From NCBI GenBank assembly GCA_977030845.1, contig OZ365109.1, positions 53,320,001 through 53,384,000 of the forward strand: a stretch of DNA of 64,000 nucleotides, read 5' to 3'. The position numbers and the translations under genes are program-made. This document shows positions 52,101 to 64,000 of this stretch, one piece after another (the first letter of the stretch is position 1; every line of letters begins with the position of its first letter). The DNA is from Fimbriosthenelais zetlandica. Lineage: Eukaryota. The notes under the pieces are model-generated. The model did not search any database, was not told the DNA's origin, and was given only the letters and a program-made list of their open reading frames with translations.

Positions 52101-55100
52101 AACCCCTTGGTTTTCCCTGTTTTGGGCACTGTTTTAAGGGGGGTGTATTTTGGGCTGGGGGGGTATACTGTAGGCTAGGCTGGAATAGCCCCGGAGTATA
52201 ATCTGGGCTAGCCTAAATTAACCCCCGGGGTATAAAATGGGCTAGGCTACAGTATACCCGGGTATAAAACGGGAGGGGGGTTAAAATGGGCTGTTACGCC
52301 TGCTTAACAATAATGAAAAATGGGGGAATCCTAGCATCCAATGCAACGGGTCCAATATATAATAGAAGTGGCCTACTTATGACCCGACCAGGACACCGAG
52401 ACGGGGGTCAGGGTATCCCCAGGGAAATTACTGCCGTCACGTGGTCTTAGTCTCGTGACGTAATATGAGTACTTCCTGCACAAGCCTTCAGGTGGTCTGA
52501 CCCACTGTGTCAGAGTCAATAATCGCCCCTTGAATGTTCATCCCCTCCGGAGTGTCACCATGGAGGGGGTCTTAAGGACAAGCGACTGCCATTTTATGAC
52601 TCGAGGCCAAAAGTGAGAATAGTCATGCAAGGGACTTCTTCAGTGGAACTAATATAAAACTGATATGAAATGGTCTGTATTGCAAGAGAACACTCCAATG
52701 TGTCAGAACCGTGAAGGCAATGGGGTCAGGTTAGATGAACTGTTACTAAATGAGATAAATACTATTGCTTTGGATCTGTAGCGAGCCATCCCACAGGGGG
52801 ATACTCATTGTGGGTGTTGGTAGCGTGGAGAAACTGCCCTCAGTTGTAGCTAGGTGAGCGGTGGTGCCTTTGTAACAATGATGGTATAGATAGCATTGAG
52901 TATTGAGTGTGAATGCAGACAGGCAATGGTAGACAGGAGGTAGAGCCGTCAGTGGCTGGGTGTGGAGGGATTATTGGCTGTATGAGATGGATTCTTGAGG
53001 CAGGTCCGTGATGCTGTGTATTCATGCTTGTCTTTAATGGGAACGACAGCCATGGCAGGTTGGGGCAGGCAGTTCTGATATTCTGATATTACTTCTGTCT
53101 GGTGGGATGGATTGAATTGATATTGTTACCATGTTGGACAATGTCTACGGATGGGTTTGTTACAAGGAAAATTGTAAGTGTAGGAACATCAATGCTGGAT
53201 TCGTTTCCCACTTGGCTGAAGGCGGGGACATTTGTCCCAAGCTACGTCCTTAATGCAATGACAACTGCCACAAGAAATGTATTTCATGCAGCTGGGTTTT
53301 CAAATGTTGAATGGGACAATGGTATAAGAGGACTACTTTGATTCGCATTTATACTAAATATATCTTGTGACAAATTACTGGGTTTGTCATTGCCATCAAT
53401 TCTTTTTGTTGGATAAAACGTTTTATGAAATCCAGTTATTTGCCTTGCAATAAACACCTTGCAAAGAGCCTTGCAATAAATTCCTTGGAACTGAAACTTG
53501 AAACTTGTTGATGGTAATAGAATATTATGAAATGTTGGATATTCCCAATCCAAGAAGATCTCAAATGCATGGAAGATCTGAATGTGAAGCATTGACAGAT
53601 TACCTAACCCTGCCTGAAACCTCCATTGTGAAGTGAGGAGCTCACTTGAGCTGTGAGAAGCCCTGGCGGCGATGGTCAGCAAATATAATCGGTGGACATC
53701 TGAGACATGTCAACATGATTCTTTCTGACAAATGCGACCATTTATCAATCAAACCCACCTATAGAAATACAGCGGTCATCCCTTTCAAAGTGCTAGTCAC
53801 GGGAGATGTGCCCCCATTAGGGTGCCTTTGGAGTGCCCGCTCGGCACGGTTATGAGTACTTTGCAAGGGCGTTCCGTGAGCAATTTGGTCCCATATTTGG
53901 TTGTCAATACCTCGAACAGTTATGATTTCACATATATGTAGTTGGGGCAGTGCCCTACATGCTACGCCTACATTGCCAACAGAAATTCATGGAAATAAAA
54001 ATATATTTGTTATTTCCATGTAAATTTGTATTGTTCAGCAATTCACCATTTGTATAGAAATACAGTATAGTTACAATGCATCCAAATACTTTCCACATGA
54101 CTTTGTCTTCAACTGTAAATTACAGATGTCGAAAACCATCACTCAAGGTCAGACTGGTTTATTGACATGTCCATTTAGCGTTCATTCCATAAGTCTGGTA
54201 GCCACCCTCTAAATGTGGCACTATTGACAGGATTCAAATAGGAGGAAACGCTATAGCCACCAGGTCAGATTGGTTATTCTGAGGAAAATTCTCTGCAATC
54301 ATACATGCCAATGATGTATTTTTTTGAATTGAATTACCATGCACCAGAAGAGGAAGTGTCCCAAATATTGAGATTGAAGACCGGGCAGCAAGAATAATGG
54401 CTGCGCTTAATCGCTGTATAGCCTTAAATGAACACATAGTTTGGAAACATACTTAGAAGTTAATGATCGGCATCAAGTTACTTCCTCTGATTCATGAAAC
54501 CTTACATAGGCCTACAATGTCAGCTATGAACATATGGATGGTCTTTGATAAATACAGACCACAAGGGTTGTGTCAGCTTTGAACAGCACACAGCAGCACA
54601 AGTTAGGTACAACCCTTGAAGCAGTATAAATGACAGGGCAATAAAACAATATGTCATTATGTGCTTGGCAGCTGCTCGATAGTCATCCAGCGAGTGTTGT
54701 TCATCAAGTGCAGCATCAACACCAATGATGATCATTGCTCTGATAATGCTATGATGAATGGATCCCCATCAAGCCTGCTCGTCCATGATGATAAAGCCTC
54801 TTGATTTGCTTGAAGCCTTTTTGGAGTTTATTTTAAAAAGGCATAAAAAGCCTCCCATCCCTGATTAATGAAAAAGGGAAGATTTATGCTCCAATATTTT
54901 AGTCTGGTTGTAGAATAAAACAAATTGAATGGGATCAGAGGGCTGTGTTGAATCTCCCTGATTTCTTTCAGGGTAATTTCAAAGCTATTAATACACCGAG
55001 TTATTGGGTAAAACGTGTGGTCTGGCCGAGTGGGCGTCATTGTTGAAAACACGTTCACAGCAGTAAGTGAAGCCTGTCATTAGGATGAGGTGATGAAGAA

Positions 55101-57898
55101 TCCAAATAATTTTCGGAATGTAGCAATTTTTGGTGAGCGTAACCTTTTAATCCAAACGAATATCCCTGACTTTAAACATGTCATATTTATGAGGGATATG
55201 AATGTAGGTTAATTAGTATAATTGGATAAGGTATAATCCACAAGATGCTGCAAAATACATCAGAACAAAAGAGAAGATGGATTCTTTTGGAAACAGTTGA
55301 TGCGGTTGAATATTCCAATAGTAATGTAATGTCGAATAGTAATGTCAGCTGTACAGCGCTTTGTTACAGGTTGCATAATGTTTAGGACTTTGGTTATACA
55401 ATGGCCTGAATGTCCTCGAAGAAATTACCGAGACTCTTACATAGACAAACCTAAGTGCAAACCTTACTTCAGAAGAGACTTATCTGGGACTGTGAAATAC
55501 AACTTCTGAAAAGCAATCCATGCATAATGTCACTTCTTGCCTTTCCAACGAGGTTGACATTTGTCGAGGAAATGTGCCATGATATTACGATAGGAAGGGC
55601 TTCACCACTTGCCCTACACCTTTGGCCTGCTTACTGCTAATAAGCGGCTACTTACATAAGAAGCCCCTCCAACTGCTGTTTGCCCTCTTTTCAGTACTGA
55701 TCTGGCAACAAAAACTTTGCACTAGAAAAACTGCTGATATAAATTGATTTTCCCTTGAATGTAAGAGTAAGAAGGCAATCTATCCAACTTGGAAGCTTTG
55801 TCTTTATGTTTGGAAGTAACGAGGAGGAAGCCATTGTTTTGGGGTCAGTAGGGAAAGAAGGCCATGGCGCATCTTTTGGCCAAGGAGACAAAACCTTGCA
55901 TATACTGCTACTGTGAAAGATATATCAACGGAGCCTGTAAACGTTCAGTTTCTTACAAGTGACCTCAAAGATATACACAAGGAATTGTCCCACTAAAAGA
56001 GAGGCTACAAAATACTAAGGCACATCCTGCTGTGGTTAACTACTTCCCTAACTATAAACATTGCCCTCGGTCAGGTATCAAAAACATGTTTTATCTTGGA
56101 AAATGTGGCTGTTGCTCCTGAAGGCAATGGAATTATAGGCACTCAATCCATTGCTATGGGTTATATATATCTAAGGGATGGGCAAATGAAAAGGATATGT
56201 GTACACAGGATGAAATAGTGGGAGGTCTTTATACTGAGTCTCAGTTATGTGGAAGTGGGGGCGATGCAGACATAGCACAGATGTGGGTGGTTCTCCGAGG
56301 AAGTTAAAGCAATGGGATCTGTTGCACCAGAGATGATGGGAAAGAGAAGGAAGCAACATGCGGCTCAAGGAAGGAAGAGGAATGAACAAAAGAGGCAAGA
56401 AGGAGAAGAACAAAGACTTAAGTGGCATAAGTAAAGGACATATACACTGTTGTGTACTGCAGAAACTCAATAAAAGCTATGCTCGGAAAGAATCCAACTT
56501 AATATGGAAGTACTAAAAAAAAGTACTTCGGGAATAAGGTCGTTAGAGGCAGTTGTGAAGTTGGACTAGAAGGAAGTGAAAGGAAGGAGGATATGCAGGC
56601 GTAATTTCTAATGTAGAACGTCTCTGGAGACACACAGGAAGGCATCCAAACACCTGACAACACTAACGGCGGAGGGGGATCTACATTGTTTGTTTGTGCT
56701 GTGTGAAGGGGCCAATGCCAGGCGCATCATCAGATCCCTCCGCGCCAAGGGGAAAAACTAGACGCCGAGGTAAACACTGGCTTATGTCATCAAAATAAAG
56801 CCACATGATCTAAGAGTCCAATAGTTGTAGAGAAAGCCTGTCAGAACATCAAAATTGTAACCGATCTCTGAAGTACTCAGTCCACGAGACTTAAGTAGAT
56901 GCAGGCCATTTCGATCACAACATTGCCTCAGGTTAGAACAACATGCGGAAATGTTCTCTAAAACAGATGATTGATCTAAACATATAATAAAAAGAAATTA
57001 AAAGATAAACCAAGTCTGTAGCACACGTGATTTACATCAGTCCCAAGCGAGTCCTTTGAAGGCAGACACAATTTGATAAAATTTTTCACAAAATCTCAGC
57101 TGAATTTCTGCCCCAATAAAAGCACAACCAATACAGATTTCCTGGATTATAAACCTTGGGTTTGTCATATAAACCATCGAAACATGTAGGGTGCTGGAAT
57201 ACAAACTGCATGTACTGCTCTGAGGTGCACTTATATATTCCCAATGTTACCGAGTAACACTCACATACTGTAGGTAATCGGAGTATTTGCTGTCTGTGAA
57301 AATACTCGTCTCAAGGAACCCAAGGGGTGGAATATGGGACTAAATAATATACACACAAGGATCGTACTGCCAAGTATTTCCCTTGGTTTACACTGGAAAC
57401 ACTAGGAAAATATTTTTTGGATTGCCAGCAGCAGGTGGTTAGTCCAGCAGCTAGTAATGGCTTGTTAAAAGCAAAATGATATATTCTCTCTTAATAACTC
57501 ATTTTTAATAGAGAGAGTTTAGTGATCGAATTTCACCAAGCTGGTTGCTAAACGCGGTGCCATTATTCCAGTTTGTGCTTAGCTCAAGCTAGTTCAAAAT
57601 GTTTTCTGGAATAATTATGAGTAGATAGCGACATACTCTTCATTATGAGGTATATTGTAAAAATAATAACTTTGTAATGTAACGACAGTCATGTTTTACT
57701 AAATTCTTTTGATCCGGAGTATCTCAAAACCTTGGAATAAATTATTGCTTCTGTCCAAGAGACAATATTCATGTGTTTGCTTCTATGATATGTACCATAA
57801 TTCATAAGAACTTTGCTGCTATGAAAAATATGATTTATTTGGCAAATTTGATCCAATAAATATTCCCATTTTGAGAGCATGTCCCTCCCGACTGCATA

Positions 57899-57919
57899 CC
57901 CCCCCCCCCCCCCCCCCCC
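57899..57919. repeat. poly-C/poly-G homopolymer (21 nt)
   Basis: Direct count of 21 consecutive C. Confidence 0.95.
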
Positions 57920-60900
57920 GACACTAACCCTATGGATGAACAATCCTTGGGGCGGAAAAAGTATGGAAACTGTCTGGAGACGACATTTGACATTTGTTAT
58001 TTACATTTGTATGAGGCTGCTGATCAATATTTTATGGCAAAAGGTCGCCATTTGTAGTATAAACGTTGGAATAATGGCTGGATGATAAGTTACGGCATTG
58101 ATACTTATTCACATATATGTAAGCTTGGTGGAGTTTCCGGGACACCGGCTGGTGGACTGGACTATAGGACTTTCACGCAGACATCAAGGAGGTAAAATCG
58201 ATGAAGGTTTCTCCTAGATCATTCACCATGTAATACAGATAGACAGGGACATGCAATGTGGGTATAATCAGGTGTATTACTCACTCTCAATGCAGGATTA
58301 TGTGGAGAAATTTGGACCATTTACTCTGATTCGGTCATTTTTCTACCTCATGCTTTTCCAGTTTTGATGGCGTTTGGGTCATGCCTCATTGGGAGGTTGA
58401 GGATGAATGGTCTGACTTGAGCTTATGACTAGTGACCTATGCTGGCACCTCTCATTGAGATCTGTCCTATGGCCTGTTAGTCATAACCCTTCCTTGTCGG
58501 TGTGGGTAGACTGCACTGCCAATGATGGACACTCAAAGGTCGTGAATAAATGACTTCACATTTGACCCACCGTGTATAATTATCTTATAATGTTTCACAT
58601 GTGAACACTCCATGTCAATGAACTCAGATAGAGATGGGTCATTACGGTAATGGAATCAATAGTGGCACTTCCAGTGTAGGGCTCAGTGCTCAATAGAACA
58701 TACAGTCAGTCCAATGCATATCCTAAGCCGAAAAGCTGAATTGTTTTGCTTGCGAATAATAACCCATGGATACACTGAATATAAACCACTGAATGTGTAT
58801 GACCTTTAAGCATGGATATCCACAAGTGTGAGATAAAAAGTACAGGAAAAACAAAAATATTAACTCAAAAGGGTTATGACAACCGGTGCTTTAAGTCATC
58901 CCAATCGATGGCTCACGTGATACCAGGATCCGGACATGGTAAAATTGATGCATTTGTTGGCCTGGCTTGGTCTGACACAAACCAGTCTGATTTGCTGGCG
59001 TTCGCTTAAAGGTATCAGTTGAATCGGTCAATCCCCGGTCAGCCAAAACCCGATTGAAATATCAGCCTGGGCAGTCTGGTCGACAGCTGTAATTCTTGAT
59101 GTACTTTACCATTGATCAGTCACCTTAAGAAATGGCTAATAGGAAATTCCCAACATCCTTTACTCCCTCCCCTCTGCTACTAAAGAAAGGCAACCATAGT
59201 AAGCACGAGGTTGAAGTTATTCCCTGCAATGGAGTTCTTCCTTGATTTTCCCAACGAGTATAGAATTCATGGACATGGGATTTATTATGGGCATGTGATT
59301 GATATTAATATATAATTATTCCGATTATTTAATGGGATTATTTCAAGAAAATTGTCTGAAATTTGACTGAAATTCAACAGCGTCTTTTTCACTTGCCTGT
59401 TGCATAAACAATTATGTTATCTTATCTGGCTGGGAGGAGCATCAGCCTTTGTTTTTGCAATCAATTTCCAACATTAATTCCACGTGACAACCTAAATGGA
59501 ATTAAATGAATATCCTAATTCAGAGTTATGATTGGGTAAACTGAAGAATGCAAAAATGGGAGATTTCCCTAATTCCATAAAGATATTGACAGGAAGCATT
59601 CATTCACTGGATATGCGGAGGTTTCGGGCTCTCACATTACCCAAAAATGTTAATCGGTCATTTTGTGCTATCTACGTGGCTGTCATTCAAAATGTTCCAA
59701 CTCTTACAAGCAAACCAGAAGAAGAGAATAAAATCAATTCATCAACAGCATAGTCTCATTCCAGATACACACAAATGGGCTAACAATGCAAACACGTCTT
59801 CATGAGTAGCACCGTGTTCTATCCACTCTATCAAACAGTTCTTTTTTGAAATCTTCAGGCGTTTCAATATGCAAATATGAGAGATAAAACAGTATAAAAT
59901 CATTACAGTGTTACGGGAAAAAACTCTGAGATAACAATTCGGTGCCTGCAAGAGCATTCAAGCATCGGAAGACCAAGTGTGCTGATGCATTTGATTCAGA
60001 GGCAAATTTTGCCAAGGAGCAGTCCATATCACTGCGAGGCAGGGCAATGTGAGTGGTACTATAGAGATTTCTAGATTGTTAAGCTCTCTATAGAAGATTA
60101 AACCTGGTGCTTGTCACAAATCAATAATTGTAATCTATATGGGTAGAAAAAGTCATTGAAAAGCTTTCTAAATCAGGTATGGCTTGAAAGATGGGAGCGT
60201 GATGGATGGTGTCACTGGACTCTCTCTTCATCATCGTCGATTATGCTGAATGTGCAGGGATAAAGAGGCATACATGCCAGGCAGGGATCATCCAGTTTGT
60301 AAGAACACATCAAATCAACTTAATCTCCCAATGCTCAATCAATCATGGATGGTTTCAAACTAATCCCTATTATAATTTATCATTGGATTTGACACAATTC
60401 AGTCAATCTATTTTGATATAAAGCCACTCCTCCCATAGATCGAAATCTATCAGGATCTGCGAATATTCAGTTTTGTCTTTTGAAAATGTTTCCAAATGAC
60501 TGCTCCCATGTTTCGATTTAAATGTGGGAAATGTTATTCTTCTTCTTTCATGCAAGAGTTTCCCTTATACAAACACTGATCTCACACATCCTAAGTACAG
60601 TACCGCGGACTCCATTATTATCCCCAGTACAGCCCCAGTAGTTGAACCAACCATTTCCAGTGCACTAACACGGCCTTACCCCAAAGAGGCAACCAGGACA
60701 AATTTTATGATGTTTGCTCCTTGTGGTGTGAATTTTCTTTTCATCGATAAAGAAAGCTCACATTGAGAACATTCTAGGTCAAGTTATGAACTCAAGTACA
60801 ATCTTGACACGATGATGAGAAATGATGGATGGATGTATATATGTATGTGTCAGATTCCAAGCATAACAGATATGATCAAGCAGTACCTGCTATAGATAAG

Positions 60901-63900
60901 ATGCACAGTCGAAATAAGGAGATGCAATCAACGTCAATAATTATTATATCAAGGTTTCTATGGGTGCTCAACACTCCAAGAAGGATAGAAAATGAAGGGA
61001 AAGGGTTTATAGTGATTGATTGTATATAGTTCGGATTTCCTATTCTGGGGAATGCTCTTTGTTTTTACAAACAAAGAGTTACATATGCCAGAAACATTGT
61101 ACTACCAAAAAAGTTGTCGCATACATCAAGCTCCATTATTATCGGAGTCTGGTTGTGACTTAGACAATATGAAATCATTTGTCACTGTAATATTCCCCCA
61201 GCGGGCTCTAATCAATGATGAAATTGGCGGTGCATTGTGTCCATGGAAGTTAGCCTTTTAGAAAGGGATCAATGGCGATACTAAATCAATGGACATTGCC
61301 TTTTTTGGCAGAGACAAGGCATGTTCTTGCCTACATATATATATGTACCTTTTCCTCCAGATTCCACATGGCTGAACAGTATACTGTGCTCTCTCCCAGA
61401 CAGTGATTTCGGATCAGGAAAGGTTCCCGTAACTAGCAGTGTGAAAGAACGTACCTAGAACATTGCAGTAGCCAGCATCCATTACTTGGTGAGATCCGAT
61501 GAGCAATAGCTTGAGAAATGGGACATCACAATCAGGTTAGGAGAAGGTTGAGAAATGAGAATGGCAATTTATTGGGTATGAGTTACGGCATAATATGAGC
61601 AATTGTGTACCCTCAGAGGGACAGGACAAACAATCAGGGACAAAGTACACAATCTGACCATCAATACCTGGTTGGGGAAATGCAGATAAACTGTTATCTC
61701 CCCTAGCAGGTGCTATTGCTAGATTTCCCGATCAAAGATGTGATATGCCATAAAGAATGGGGAATGTGTTTGGCTTGTTTTCCTATGGTGCTCTATCACA
61801 ATGGTGTTAGCCATAGTAGGCTGGGGCTTCGCTTGCAGAATGGATAGGTACATTACCTTCTAACAGCTTTGATCTCTATGGTGGAGCACATCAGTATCAG
61901 TACTGCTAGGATGCTACTTGACGTATGAAAGGTACACAGGCTATTGTACATGGACTCTCCATTCATTTCACTTATTTCCCTCCATACCTAGTAATGTACT
62001 AACATCAAAGGTTCGTTTCAATGAGGATATATGAGTCAACCGTGACTGCACGAGGAAAAGCAGAGGTCTCTTTGATGCCAATGAGAACAGGCATAGACAT
62101 GGTCCAGCGAAAAGCTGCTATTGCATCCTTACAATGATGGGCCTCATGCAAGAAGGACTTTAAATAACAGTAAAAGTGGAGTAGCTGCTGCAAAAAAGTG
62201 CATCGTTCAAAGGAGGCACAAGGATTGCAAGAGCAATTACATGGAAACAGGATTGTCTAGGTTTAGTAAGCCATTGAGCATCCTGGACATTATTGTGGTT
62301 GCACAAAGGTTGCCATCCTGTGTAAAGTAGCAGTACTATGCCTTTACATGCAAACAAGTGTCAATAGGCGTTAAAAAGTATTCAAAAGGCGTTCATGGGT
62401 CATCATGACAACTATTGTAGAAATTACAGATAGGCCAGTACAGACCAGAGGAAAGGGTATAGGTTAGTGTGACTGGAAATCATGGATGTCCATAAACAGC
62501 TATAAATATAATTCTTCCATCAAAAGGCTTATAAACAAAAAATATCATGAATGGGTGACTTTGGTTATGTAGCTTAGACATGCATGGTAAACTGCTTTGT
62601 TGAACACTTCACTTTGGGTGAAAGGGACAAGTTCTAAACAACAAATTGAGGCAATAAGTTTGGCGTTAAGTTCTGAGCGACAAGAGTTTCAACTCGCCGT
62701 TTAGATTGTTGAGAGGTGCTGTTCGTGAGATCCTCCATGCACTTCAACAGTCGTGGCCGTACTTGAACAACATTGAGGAGCAAATTAGTGTCCATTTCCC
62801 CAACTCACCTTGGGGGAAACTTTTATAGGAACCTTAACAAGGTACATTGCACTAAGCTTGGAAATCAATCGGATTAATGGGACTTTTGGAGTCTTTCTGC
62901 TTTAGAACTTGGCTAGGGTAGAGTGGTCTATAGCCACTGGCAGGGTCATGTCTCCAACTTCAGGTTCCTACCTCTATTTAAATTGCACTGAGTGTAATGA
63001 CCAGTTTCTCATGAATGGCAATACATATAGCACTAGAACCGATATATATCAAGAGGAAATGGATGTAGCAATATAAATCATTATCAGACAGCTTTCCACA
63101 CAAGAGCAGCCCATGCTGGGGAAAAATAAGGCAACCTTGTTATGGCCTACAGCAAGCCGATCACAACAACGGCAAGAAGAAAGCCTGCCATAAATCACAG
63201 CTGAGGTTGTATTATGAGGTCATATTCTACTGGGAATAATGACTTACTTTATTGTTGTTTTATGATCACCACAAAGGGCTAAGGTGTTATGCCTGTAAAG
63301 CATGTGCTGGTTTGTCTTGCAGACAATGCAGCCTGAGTGGATTGAATGGCAGATCTTAGTAGGTGCCCACTTAGGGTGTAATGTTGTATTCTTATTACTT
63401 CAGCCATTAAGTGCTAGGATGACGATCTATCATTTGTGTTCTTATGGTTAAGATAAGGCGAGATTTGTATAAGCCTGATGACCTTTGTTCAAATTGTGTA
63501 CATGTACCTGTATGGAGATAAAACTAAACGTGCCCTCAGTTTGTGTCACAGATGGCTACACTACGCTCCACCACTCGTGACACTAACATTGTGAAAGGTA
63601 CTCATGTTCTGGAAATCCTGCCCTGATGCGCAACCCGAGTTAAGCTTTTTATGCCCTGGGAAAATTACATTGTATAAATTGCTTGTTTACTGTTACATTT
63701 ACTATCTTCATGTACAAATGGTACATGTAAATCTGCATAAGCATAATTCTGTGACCATAATAGGGCAGATCAGTTGGACTGATGCATGGCAAACAGTCTC
63801 TCACAGGTAAATCTTAATATTGTTGATTCCTTAAGTTCATTGAAGTCCTACCTTCAGCATGTCTCAATGGTCATGAATGGGCCAACCACTTTGCTCCGGT

Positions 63901-64000
63901 CCCTCCATATTACATACAAATTACATCACCTTTTGCCATAGAATCAACTCAACAGTGTCTAACATGTACTCAGCCTACTGTAATCTCAGTGCCCTACTAC

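Larger units (their letters stand above)
50148..52302. mobile_element. non-autonomous foldback/MITE-like DNA element with 152-bp terminal inverted repeats
   Basis: 50148-50299 and 52151-52302 are reverse complements with 2 mismatches in 152 bp; termini CAGG...CCTG. No ORF and no clear TSD. Confidence 0.88.

Noticed and set aside
52480-52830. LINE endonuclease fragment (H..PLW and GSDH motifs, minus strand)
   Set aside because: Motif spacing is longer than expected and frames are disrupted. Evidence is insufficient.

Overview
Eukaryotic, AT-rich, intron-containing DNA, probably from a marine invertebrate (species cannot be called from the sequence). The one well-supported gene is an alpha7-type nicotinic acetylcholine receptor alpha subunit on the minus strand. 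I assembled it exon by exon from 32957 to 16603. All junctions are GT-AG and in phase, and the protein has a Cys-loop, loop C YDCC, a GEK cation filter and 4 TM segments. The signal-peptide exon was not confidently located. Main discovery: two exons are tandemly duplicated, exon 3 (45 nt, loop D) and exon 7 (195 nt, loop C + M1 + start of M2). These look like mutually exclusive exon (MXE) pairs giving up to 2x2 isoforms. The exon 7 copies keep an almost identical ligand-binding loop C despite heavily diverged synonymous sites, but differ strongly in M1 and at pore positions 2'/3'. Candidate splicing-control elements surround them: a branch point very close to the donor, a 13-bp loop-out duplex and positioned UGCAUG motifs. 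An exon 3 MXE is known from insect alpha6; I do not recall an exon 7 MXE in this family, but novelty needs a literature and database check. The rest is intronic or intergenic. It contains a tRNA-derived SINE, a foldback element with a palindromic 60-bp satellite and a nested 8-bp-TSD transposon, decayed TE fragments and a possible promoter near 2.3-2.9 kb.
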